Of a DNA stretch of 64,000 nt, positions 53,391-64,000 are shown in pieces; the first letter of the stretch is position 1; every line of letters starts with the position of its first letter. The stretch is from Balamuthia mandrillaris (taxonomy: Eukaryota): assembly GCA_031835245.2 (NCBI GenBank), contig JAVKOQ020000046.1:186001-250000 (forward strand), read 5' to 3'. The position numbers were made by a program, and so were the translations under genes. The notes under the pieces are model-generated. The model did no database searches. It was not told the origin of the DNA and was given only the letters and a program-made list of their open reading frames with translations.

Positions 53391-53508
53391 TCGCAGATCG
53401 TCACGATTATCACTTGGTTCCGTGGTTGGTCTGCAAGTCAAACGTACGGGCTTGCTCCACGGAATCTTTTTCACTTACGATTCAGGTGTGTATTTCTCTC
53501 CAAGTCTA

Positions 53509-53553
<45 letters not shown>

Positions 53554-53961
53554 TCTCCCGTCTTTTCCGTGCCTATTCCGCTCGCTCTGTCTGTGCTGAC
53601 CACTCCAAATCCATTCGTTTTGTTTTTGTTGCTCCTCTTGTTCTACTCTGTTTCTCTCTTCCTCTCTTTCTCTATTCTTGATGTCACGCAACACATTGTA
53701 GAGGATGAGGGTACATAATGAATGCCCAACATCCTTCCTGTGCCACTGTGAATGAATGCGGAATACATTCCTTCTCTCTTAGTTTTTGTTTTTTCTGGAC
53801 ATATTCAACCACTCTCTCCAAAATATCATTCACACTTACTTTTATTTGAATTCTTTTCTACTCTCTCTTGGTGTCTTTCTCGTCCTTTCTACTCTCTTTT
53901 TTCTCTTCTTGTTCTTTCTCTATTTTTCTGATGTTCAGGTGAAGAAGATGACGGCACGTAA
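53008..53961 (+). CDS. Predicted short alternative isoforms (122 aa ending EDEGT*, 124 aa ending GEEDDGT*) sharing exons 1-2 with the AP endonuclease
   Basis: The phase-1 donor at 53486 is compatible with AG acceptors before 53702 (stop 53716-53718) and 53939 (stop 53959-53961). Each acceptor has its own polypyrimidine tract. Confidence 0.6.
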
Positions 53962-55480
53962 CGAAGAAAGGATGTGGTTTGCTGTGAGAAAACGAAACAA
54001 CAATGAATTAGATATTCGCTTTGCTATTTGTTTTCATTTATATCTGTTATGCCTCCGTTTCTCGCCTATTGTTATTATCTCACACTTATCGCATAGGGGT
54101 AATGTACCGACGCCAATATTCCACTGATGGCTTTTTTTCCTCAGAAGCCGATGGTAACCCCCCCTCTCTCTTCTTCATTCACATTATTCTTATGTTGGGC
54201 TTGGTTGTTGATATATAGGAAGCAAATACTTGAAAGTGGTCTCATGGAACGTGAACGGACTGAACGCAGTGGCGAAGAAAGGCGCCCTTCTCGATTATGT
54301 GCTAGCTGAACAACCAGATATCTTGTGTCTTCAAGAGACAAAGTTATCCTTGAACAAACTCGATCAGTTCAAAGGAAAGGTCTTTCAGTTGGTGTCACCC
54401 ACGACGCCTCCCGAAAAGAAAGGCAAAGGTAGTAAGAAGAAAGCAACTAACGAACAACCAGCTGAGAGGAAACCCGACAACGATGAGCTCCAGATGTTTC
54501 CATTCGAGTATTACAACTGTTCCCAAAAGAGACAAGGCTACTCAGGAACTGCTATTTATTCTAAATTAGAGCCTCTTGCGGTGAGCTACGGCATCGGCAA
54601 GGCAGAGCACGACAGGGAAGGAAGAAACATCACGTTGGAATTCCCTGACTTCTTCTTGGTCAATACGTATGTACCGAACGCCGGTGAGGCGGCCGGCTTG
54701 GCTCTGGCAGTGGAGACGGAGCGGTTGATGAGCATGGCCGGAGTGAGCAACGACGCCAAATGGTTCTTTAGGAAACGTGTCTCGGTCACCGCTTCTGCAC
54801 AAAAGAAAAAAGCAGCATCGACTGGCGATGAAGAGGAAGCGGAGAAGGAAGCTTCCATTACGAAAACTACTAGTGAAACGCTTAGGAAGGAATTAACAAA
54901 GGAAGAAGAAGATGGAGAAGAAACGGAAGAGGATATTAATTACGGCCCTGTTGAGCCAGGTAGGCCCAAAAGGCTTGCCTACAGACAAGTTTGGAACAAA
55001 GACATGCACGCCTACCTACAACAGTTGCAGCAGACGAAACCTGTTTTGTGGGTTGGCGACCTTAACGTGGCTCATACAGGTTTGTTTTCTTTTTGGAAGC
55101 GAGCCAGACAGAAGAAGCAAGCGAACGAAGAAGAAGGGAAACATTTGCTAACACCATTCTTTACAGAGTTGGACATTCACGACCCAACCGGCAATCATGA
55201 TAATGCCGGTTTCACACCTGAAGAACGACACGACTTTGGCGCGCTGCTAGCCAACGGCAACTTCGTGGACACCTTTCGCCATTTCCATCCAGAACAGCCC
55301 AACCACTTCACCTTTTGGAGCTACCGCTTCCATGCGCGCTCTCGCAACCGGGGGTGGCGTCTCGACTATTGTCTTGCCTCCAAAGGGTTGATGCCGCGTG
55401 TGCATGGAGCGTTCATCCGTGAGGCCGTGTTGGGGTCGGATCACTGCCCGGTTGGAGTTCTCCTTCGAAGGTCCTCTTAG
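53008..55480 (+). CDS. Exonuclease III / APE1-family AP endonuclease with a spliced-on mitochondrial-type presequence
   Basis: Catalytic motifs SWNVNG, LCLQETK, GYSGTA, EGR, YVPN, GDLNVAH, GWRLDY and SDHCP. The catalytic ORF has no ATG of its own (starts TTG). Exons 53008-53270, 53397-53485, 54097-54153 and 54219- join in frame; a further intron lies at 55080-55166. Confidence 0.85.
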
Positions 55481-56163
55481 TAGGAAAGAAGAAGAAGAAG
55501 AACAACAAGAAGAACAAGAAGAAGAACAAGAACAAGAAGACAACGAAGAAGAAAAAAAGAAGAAAGGAAAGAAAAGGAAGAAGTGTTATCGGGACGACTC
55601 GAGAAGATAGGCCGGAGGGAGGAACCAATCGCAGCCAAAATTGTACACGTACCTGTCCAGAGCGAGGGCAATGCGAAATGGAGAGCACAGCAGGAAATTC
55701 CTTGCAGACAAATTTTCCTCTGGCCGGAGGAACAAGAGGCCTCGTTTCATACATAAACTCAAACAAGGAAAAAAAAATTGGGAGAAGAAAAGAGAAGAGA
55801 GAGAGAAAAGGAACAAGAGACAAGAAGAAGAGCAAGTTGATCAGCAAAAAAAAATAGAGGAGGAGAGGAAGACGTGAGCCTTGCTGCTGCCTGGTTAAAG
55901 CTCCAAGTTTTTTTTTTAAAAAAAAAGTACAGCACGTAACCAGGCAAGAAGGAGGTAAATAAAAAAAACCACACACGTTTTCTCTTCCTTCGCTAGCTAT
56001 TTTTTTTTCTCTTCTTCTCCAGGCCGAGCGGTGTGCTGGTACGTAAAGGAGTTCTTGTATTTTATGTGTTATTTATTGTAGTTTGGCCAAGCAGTGTCGT
56101 TCCTGTGCCTATTCATTTGTTCCTTCCTTTGTCTTTTGTTTTGTGTCAGTATGTCTGACTCTC

Positions 56164-56200
<37 letters not shown>

Positions 56201-56413
56201 CCCTTTTTCTTGTGTTCTTTTTGCTAGATCAACAATAGTTGTTTCTTAAGAGAAAGCAAACCGTGCGGGTCTCCTTTCTCTCGCTCCTCGTCTCCTGTAG
56301 CTGAGTGAGTGTACCTTTGTTCCCTTCAACTTTTTGATAAGATTCCACTCTTAACTTTTTTTTTGTTTTACTTCCCACAAAGGAGCACCTTCCCTTTACC
56401 CTGCTCAAGAAAG

Positions 56414-56597
56414 ATGAACGGAACAGGACGCCTGGACGCCCTGTTGGATGCGTACGATGACACACAAGCTCAAAGATTTACGCCAGAGCAAGGGTAATGA
56501 CTTGTCTCTGTTCTCTCTGTTCCTCTTTCCGCGTTCCTCTTCTCCATCTGTCCTCGCTTCCCCTCCCCCACACTTCCCTTCCTCTCTTGCGCTCCTC

Positions 56598-56630
<33 letters not shown>

Positions 56631-59600
56631 CATTGTTACTCACGGAAGCGTGATCGACATAACAACAGGGAAGAGGGAGAGCTACAACCAAGGCCAGGAA
56701 GTGCTCCCCCAAACCATCGGAAACGGTCGCGGAACTCGGGTGGGAGTGGAGCAGGGGGATCGAGTGGCATGGATGGAGGGGGAAGAGGTATACACAACAA
56801 CGTCTCTTCTGGCAATCCACCACGATATCCACCACCGCAAGCACCGGTAGGTGGAGCCTACCAAGGAGCGAAGCCACCCACAGTCTCAGGCAAGGAAGTG
56901 GATGAGATCTCTGACTTTTTATCGTACATATGTTCTGGCTCTACTGTTTCTCATATGCACGTGGATGCACGGTTGGGGCGATTGGAAGCGGATCGGGGAG
57001 ATGGAGGGAGTGGGTTTGGTTTTGGAGAGGAAGGTATGGGTGATGCTGACATAAGAGGAGAAAACGAGGATGACTTTACACAACGGTTCAGAAATGGGGT
57101 AAGGCCGGAGGACTTTCAATACATACTGTCCTTTTTGGAACAGGACAGCCAGAAGGAGTGTTCCTTTCGGGACTGGACGGAATATATCTATGACCACGAA
57201 AAGGGCCACCTCTGTCTTTGCTACGACAACGACACTGGGAAGTTGTGCGGCTCTGTCTACGAGAACCGACGGACCAACCTGGACTTGGTGACACCTCATC
57301 TGCCCTACGACTGCCGGGTCAGCCTCTCCACAAAGGAGCCCGCTCCAGCGGAGAAGTCTCCACCACCCGACTTTAAGCGAAAGGTAGAGAAGAAGCGGTG
57401 GTCCTTTTACAAGCAGCGAAACATATGGAAAATCGACCTGACAGAAATGCGGGTGTGGACCCCAACGCCGTCTACTTGCCCTTACTCTAGCGACGAGGAA
57501 GACGAAGATCCTTTTCAAACGGCGCCCAAAACGCCCTCTCCGGCCTCCAATCATTTCCTCTCGGAGGGAACTACCACTGATGCAGATGGCCTCTACCTGC
57601 AAGAAAACACGACCAAGTACGAAATACGCTTTGAGTTGATGGCGGACGTATTACAAAGCTTGGTTCACACAGACAGACAGAACCTCGAGTACATAGCAGC
57701 CAAGTTCTGGCAAACAGTGCAGTTCTTTTCCAAGAAGCGGCCTAGAGGTGCACAACCCGCACGTCGCCCACTGCGGCATGGCAACCCTGCCGCCGTTGTT
57801 GTCGCTGTGCCTGGTGCTCCTGGTGGCGCCACACTTCAAGTGCGAACAGGCCCTCCTCCTGGTGCAGCTCTTTCACGCCGTGGTGGAGTAGCACAGCAAC
57901 AACCGCAGCGGCTAGGCGTTGGCTCTCCTACCTATATAGGAGGCTCGCCATCTCCCTCGCCCACCATGGCTGCGGCAGCAAACCGAGGGGGGTTTAATCC
58001 CTCGCGCTCTTCCTCGCACTCTCGGTCGCCCTCGTTGTCGCCGCCCTCACCGATGGGCGGCGATTTTTTCTCCTCGATGGAACGATCCGCGTCCAATGCC
58101 TACTCCGCCGCTTCCGCCGCTTTGAGGGGCGAGTTCTCACCTCCGGAAAAGTCTTTGAGAGCAGATGAAGGGTTCATCTCCTCCTTTCCCTTTACGGAGT
58201 TCAAAGTGCGGTCGGTGGAGGGCCACCACAATGATGAGCTGCGAAGGATATGTCTGCGGATTATATTTGGCCCTGGCAGAGAGGACGATGGACCAGACCC
58301 TTACGCCCGTCCTTCCTTCCCTGGTGCCCTTCCTGTTAATTTTACTCGTCGCCATTGGAAGGTATCACTTTCTTTTCTCTACGTTTGTTTTGTCGTTTCC
58401 AGTGTTCAATACTCATGCCTTTCCGAACTTTTGTGATGTTACTCCCTCCTCCGTCCTCTTGTAATTGGATAAAAAGATGGTGCAAAACAAACCCTACTTA
58501 GTATCAGAGAAGACGGATGGGGTGCGGTTCATGCTGTTGATCAACGAAACGGGAGTATACCTCACCAGCAGAAGCTTTGACTTTATGAAAGTAGAGGGCT
58601 ACGACCAACTCATTCCGCTGATGGCATCGAATGGACCTACCCTGCTGGATGGCGAAATGGTGCATCATCATTCCAGCAAGCGGTAGGAGCCCCTGCACAT
58701 AACTGCATCCCACTTTATGTTTGCTCAAACTGGTGCTTCTCCTTTATTGTAGGTTGTTTTACCTGATCTTTGATGCGCTTTGCGTGAACGGCACCAACCA
58801 CACGAAAGAGAATCTAATGGGAAGGCTGAAGCAAGTGCGAGACCTGGTGGTCGTTCGGTATCGTGAGGCGGTGGACAATGGCACTATCCGCAAGAGCGAT
58901 CACCCCTTTGTCCTCATCGGAAAGCAGTTCTTTGACAAGAAGTTGACCAAAAAGGTGTTTGACCACATCCGCAAGGACAAGGAAAACGGTGACTACTTCT
59001 ATCGTGATGACAAGAGGTACCACAAGACCGATGGCATCATCTTCACCCCCAACGAGGCCTATACCGTGCAAGCCAACAGGGGCCTGCTCAAATGGAAGTA
59101 TCCTGAAAAATCATCAGTGGACTTTAAGCTACTCATCAAAACACCACGCAACAACCAACATGGCCACCCAGCTGCCAACGCAAGATCCTCCGCTTCATCT
59201 TCATCCTCAGCAATGGTGGGCGCTTCGGGCGTCGCTGCCGTCAGCGGCAAGGAGTATTGGTTGGTGGCACGAGGAAGAGACCGGCAGGGAGACATCGAGT
59301 GCGATGTAGCACAATTCTCCTCCAGTGACCGGCAGCGATTGAAGCATGATATGAAGAAGTACAACATTGGGAAGGAGGTGTTGCATGCCGCAAGCCATTA
59401 CAACAATAACGTTAGGAACCTCATCGTGGAGTGCTGCTACGACACGGATAAAGGCAAGTGGAGGTATGTCGCCATTCGAAGGGACAAAACTCAACCCAAC
59501 AACATCAAAACAGCATTCAACGCCATTATTGCTCTCGCTGAGAACATCACCAAAGAGGAGCTCATCTACAGAGCCACTCGTAATCCCAAGAACGACGAGT

Positions 59601-60118
59601 GGAGGCTCATCCAACAGACCAAGAGTCGTTCCAGAACTTCTTCTGTTATTACCTCTTCTTCCGCAAGCAACAGCAGCAGTTCCTCCTCGTCTTCAGCCTC
59701 CAAAACAGAAGCACTTAAGAATGATGGCAGAGGAGGGAGCAAAAATGAGGGAGCAGAGACGCCGCCTTTAGGACGTAAAACTAAAAAAAGAAGAATGAGC
59801 AACGCCAACGAACAACAGAAACAAAGGCTGAAGGAAGCTGATGATGATGAGTATGACGATGAAGAACAGGAAGAGGGCGAAGGAGACGGGGAAGATGACG
59901 ATGGTGTAAAAAAAGTTGGACGAGTGGATGAAGAGGATGTCGAAGAAGCCGAAGAGGGAGAAGCAAAACAGCCAAGTGATAACGACGCTGTTGAGGCGGA
60001 GGAAGAAGAAGCGGAGGAGCACAAAAGCAAAGACTCTATGAACTTGGAGGAAGCGTTGGAGGAAGCCATGGAGAAAGGCTTGAGCGTTGATGATGGCGTG
60101 GAGGTAGAAAGCTTGTAA
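56414..60118 (+). CDS. mRNA capping enzyme: N-terminal CYTH/TTM (Cet1-like) triphosphatase-fold domain fused to guanylyltransferase and OB domain
   Basis: GTase motifs SFPGALPV, VSEKTDGVRF (motif I Lys), TLLDGEMV, YLIFDAL, KTDGIIFTP, LLKWK, IVEC and RRDKTQPN. TTM-like segments VDARLG, FRNGV, YDCRVSLS, KKRWSF, WKIDLT and KYEIRFEL. Confidence 0.9.
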
Positions 60119-60178
60119 ACCAACAAACCACACTTTTTTTTGTAGAGAAGGAAAAAAAAACAATGTTACAAAGGAGAG

Positions 60179-60919
60179 TCATTTGTGTTTAACTTGGTCA
60201 CCATCATCTTTGACTTCGACGTAACTGGAAGGAAAGAGCCCCACTTTGCCGTTCAGCTCGCCTTGCCACCACGCGGCCAGGTCTTCGCACTCCACCAGCT
60301 TTATCACGTCTCCCGTTTTGAAGGGCAACTCATCCTCGGTCTCCGCCGCAAAGTCATACAATGCCACGGCATAGTACCCTCCTCCCCCGTCTTCTTTTGC
60401 TTCATCTTTGTCATCTTCCTCCTCCTCCTCCTGTTCCTCTTCTTCCTCCTTCTCCCCCGCGTTTCCCTTGGTAAAGCTCTTCATACGCACAAAACTAGCA
60501 GGAAAGATGCCCTGCTTCCCTTCACACTCTCCCTTCCACCACTCTTCGCCCTCTTTGGCCTCCACCAAACGGACCTCCTGACCGACCTGCAAGGAAAGCT
60601 CCTCTGGGCCGGCCGCCTCAAAGTCGAACACGACGCTTGCCAGCAAAATCTCTGCTCCAGCTTCGCCCTTGTCCTCTGAAGGGGCTGATGCTATCCCCTC
60701 TCCCTCTTCTTTCTTGGGTTTTTGGTGGGCTGCGGGAGGAGAGACGTAGGAGGCAGGGAAGAGACCACGTTCGCCCTCGCACTCGCCGGACCACCACTCC
60801 TCGTTGGGAGTGCTTTCGAGGCGCAAGCACTGCCCTGCCTTTAACGACAGCTCTTCATCGCAAGTGGCCTCAAAGTTATAAAGTGCCGTCACTATGATTT
60901 GGTTTGTATGCTGGTTAGC

Positions 60920-60958
<39 letters not shown>

Positions 60959-62391
60959 GTGAGTGAGTGAGTGAGTGAGAGAAGAGTGCCTCTGTCAGGG
61001 AACAGTTCAGCATTGATGGCAATCAGCCTTTTAAGCTTCTCATCTTTTGCTTCTCGCAGCTGTACAATCTTAGCACGAAGGGCTTGCAGCTCGTCCTGGG
61101 CAACCTTCTGCGGTTTAGGGTCAGGGTCGGAACGCAAATAGAACTGCACCAGTTTTTCCAAGCCGTGCTCCGACTTGAGTTGCAGGGTGAGCTGCTCCTC
61201 CAAGAGCTGCACTTCGTCCATCAGTTGGAGTCTGTCTCTCTTCAGGATGCGCGAGGCGTTGTTCCTTTCTTGTACTCTGTGTTCCCCTTCGCTGCCTCTC
61301 CCTTTCTCTTCACTGACTTTGCGAAGCCTCTTCAATCGTTTTTGATAGCCCGCTCTTCTTTGGTTGAGCTCTTCCACCTCTTCCTCCTTCACCTGAAGGT
61401 CTTTATTGTACTGCTTTTGGGCTTGTGGATCTGCCTTGTAGAAATCGACCAGCCTCACTAGAGCCTCCACCATAAGTATCTCTTTGCGAATGACCCTCTC
61501 CAATGACTTCATCCTCTCCTTGAGCTGCTCCTCCGTCAGCTCGCTCTCGCTGGTTGCCTCTCTTCTTACCTCGGTGCTCTTTCTTCTACCACGCTTCTTT
61601 CTGTCCTCTTCGACGAATCTCTTCAACTCTTCGTGACTCATTTCTTCTACCGATTTAATGCCAGCCTCTGAAGAGGCTTCATGATGGCGTGGTCGAGAAC
61701 GAGAAGTACTCCCATCAACAGCAGCAGATGAGCTCTTTGCGCTGCCTCTGGGCTTTCGACGGTCATGTTGTTTAGTTCTAGGTGCTGAGGAAGAAGACGA
61801 GGAGGTGGAAGAAGCAGGGGTGCCTCCTTTTGAGGTGCTCCTTCGTTTTTCGGTGGGCATGGGGTCTCGCGAGGGTCTGTGAGGGCGTGGGTCGCCTTTC
61901 TTCTCCTTTTTATTAGATAATGAGGCGGACAGGTGCTGGTAGCTTCGCAGAAGTTCATCCTTTTTGGTTTATGAATAACCGTAAGTAAACGGCAGATACC
62001 AGAGATAGCAGAGAAAGAGCTTCTTGTTCACCTTTGTTTTTTCTAATTCTTGTTTTAGCTCGCTGTTTTTCTTTCGCAGGCGTTTAATTTTCTCTTCAAG
62101 CTTCGCGATGAGTTCCTCTTGTTGTGCTGGTGACCTTCCACCTTCTCCTGGAGCACTTCTGGGAGTTCGTATCTTTCTTGGGGAAGAGGGATGTCTGGAG
62201 GAAGCAGTGGACCTTGCGTCATTGTCCTGGAGGCTCTGCAGATCAGGAGCGGAAACAAAGAGCAGACTCCCACCGCCTTCTGCATCGAGGCGTGACAGCA
62301 TGCGAGGCGTTCTTCTAGGGGTAGATACATCACTGGTGTTGGGAGCCTCGCTCGGCGCAGCTTCTCCTCCGACTGCTTGGCTCTCGTTCAT
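60179..62391 (-). CDS. Adaptor protein with coiled coils, two HR1-like repeats and three C-terminal SH3 domains
   Basis: Three SH3 domains (ALYNFEA...EELSL...EWWSGE...GLFPASYV and similar). Two repeats resembling the HR1 of CIP4/Bzz1-type proteins: LERVIRKEILMVEALVRLVDFYKADP and LEEQLTLQLKSEHGLEKLVQFYLRSDP. Confidence 0.85.
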
Positions 62392-62608
62392 CTCACGTTT
62401 CTTCAGCTATTAACACCGCCAACAACTTGACCGTATTTGCTGCGTGCTAATTCTCTCTCTGTTCACACCACCAAAAAAAAAAATGCGCGAAGCGGTGCTG
62501 TCGACGAAAATGATCTAAAATGGAATGTCGGCAAAATCTTGTGGTATTTCAAGACGACACGAGATGCCGCCTTTATCTTCTGCAAAAAACAACGCGACGA
62601 CGGACTGC

Positions 62609-63549
62609 ATGGGAGATCACCACCACCATGGAGGAGCTTGCGCTCATGAGCACAACCATGAGCCAGAGTTGGAAAGAGGCGAAGAGTACTCGTTGTACAA
62701 GTAAGATCTTAGTCTCTGTCTCTCTCTCTCTCTCTCTCCCTGTTGTTGCTTGTTTCAATCGCTCTCTCGAGCTGAACTCTGTCGCTTGCTCCATCCACCA
62801 ACGTGGGCTTTTGGAAATAAAAAAAACAGGTACATTGACACGACTGGTGTTCGATGTTTGAACGAGCAAGAAGCGGGCTCCATCGTCCAAATATTCAAAC
62901 CTTGGGACCAGAGATTACAGACTGAAGACGTGAGTCTCCCTTACACTCACGCTCACACTCAACACACACACACTCTCTCTCTCTTGAACTCTCCGTGGCT
63001 CTTGCCTTTCTCATCTCGTTTCTCTTTTCTCAATTCCCCTCTCTTCTTGACACGAAAATACTAACTTTAAAAAAGAAAGTGGAAAGTGATGCTGACGAGC
63101 AACTGATCATCCATATACCGTACGTTGCTCACGTTGTTTGGAATGTGTCGTTTTGCAAAAAGTTCTCATCTAACTCTGAACAGTTTCACAGCTTCCATCA
63201 AGCTGAAAGCTATTTGTGTCATCGGAGGAAACAATGGCCAAAGTCCTTCCAAAATGAAAGCGTACGTTGTTGATTGAAGACAAAGCCAGGTCCCTTCTGT
63301 CTTTCTTTTGACTCCTTCCTTTCCACACAATGATGGATTTTTTTAACTCGCTCTGAAAACCAAATGCACAAACAACGCTGAACAGATGGATCAACCGTGA
63401 CGACATCGACTTTGCAAACGCGGAGGAGGTAAAGCCCGCACAAGAATGGGAGTTGCATGAAAATATGAATGGCGAGATAGAGTATCCTACAAGGTTTACA
63501 CTGTTATTATCTTTTGATAGGAGAAAGGAGAGTAGAATAGGACGAGGAG

Positions 63550-63592
<43 letters not shown>

Positions 63593-63835
63593 CAAGAGAT
63601 CGCTGCTAACATATTATTATATAGGATAACCAAGTTCCAAAACGTAACCTCTTTGACGCTGTTCTTTTCAGAGAACTTTGGGGCGGATACCACCATCCTC
63701 TACTATGTGGGCCTCAAAGGCGACTACCAGAAGCTCAGCCGCCAACCAGTGAACGTGGTCTACGAGGCCTCTCCTCAACTAAAAGACCACAAGCTGCCCT
63801 CTGAAGGCAACCAACTCTCACGCCAAATTCAATAA
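62609..63835 (+). CDS. PITHD1: PITH domain-containing protein 1, multi-exon
   Basis: His-rich start, then SLYN-YIDTTGVRCLNE, VESDADEQLIIHIP-FTASIKLKAI, INRDDIDF, EYPTR-ITKFQNVTSLTLFFSENFG and VYEASPQLKDHK. An in-frame upstream ATG exists at 62564. Confidence 0.93.
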
Positions 63836-64000
63836 CCACTTTCACGGCTTCCATCAAGCTGATAAGTCACATGCGCTCATCTTTGTTTTCTTTGTTTGTT
63901 TTTTAATTTTTTTTTGAATGTAGCTGCCTAACGGGTCCCCAGACAAGCGGTAAAGAAGGCTTGGAAGATCTTGTAAACAGGCCGAGTAATTTTTATCTCT

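Noticed and set aside
55413..55976. Possible minus-strand gene antisense to the APE 3' end
   Set aside because: The purine-rich tracts are explained as plus-strand UTRs; no coherent protein.

Overview
Gene-dense, intron-rich eukaryotic nuclear DNA. It has short GT-AG introns with CT-rich microsatellites and intergenic spacers that are often only 50-900 bp. Gene content and style suggest a free-living amoeba or similar protist (inference only). About 21 spliced protein-coding genes can be reconstructed: DegP/HtrA protease, AIP1/WDR1, a CCCH + REXO1-domain protein, ORC6, a secreted GH13 amylase, a FIST protein, a 2OG-oxygenase-ubiquitin-like fusion, a multi-PH protein, a longin-like protein, VPS13, a DH-PH RhoGEF, MED19, a G-patch/C2H2 protein, a class I aminotransferase, SAPS/PP6R, an armadillo protein, an ExoIII/APE endonuclease, an mRNA capping enzyme, an HR1-SH3 adaptor and PITHD1. 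No tRNA, rRNA, CRISPR array or transposon was recognised. The most striking observation is at 53008-55480. Two exons encoding a mitochondrial-type presequence can splice in phase to two separate micro-terminal exons that end in the same acidic motif (EDEGT*, GEEDDGT*), or to a third exon that adds an RRQY/S processing site and leads into the AP endonuclease. Also notable are a capping enzyme with a fused, degenerate tunnel-type triphosphatase domain, an intronless dioxygenase-UBL fusion that stops just before the di-Gly, and TTAGGG-based promoter elements including a perfect 19-bp palindrome. Exon boundaries were read by eye and family calls come from motif recognition, not database searches.
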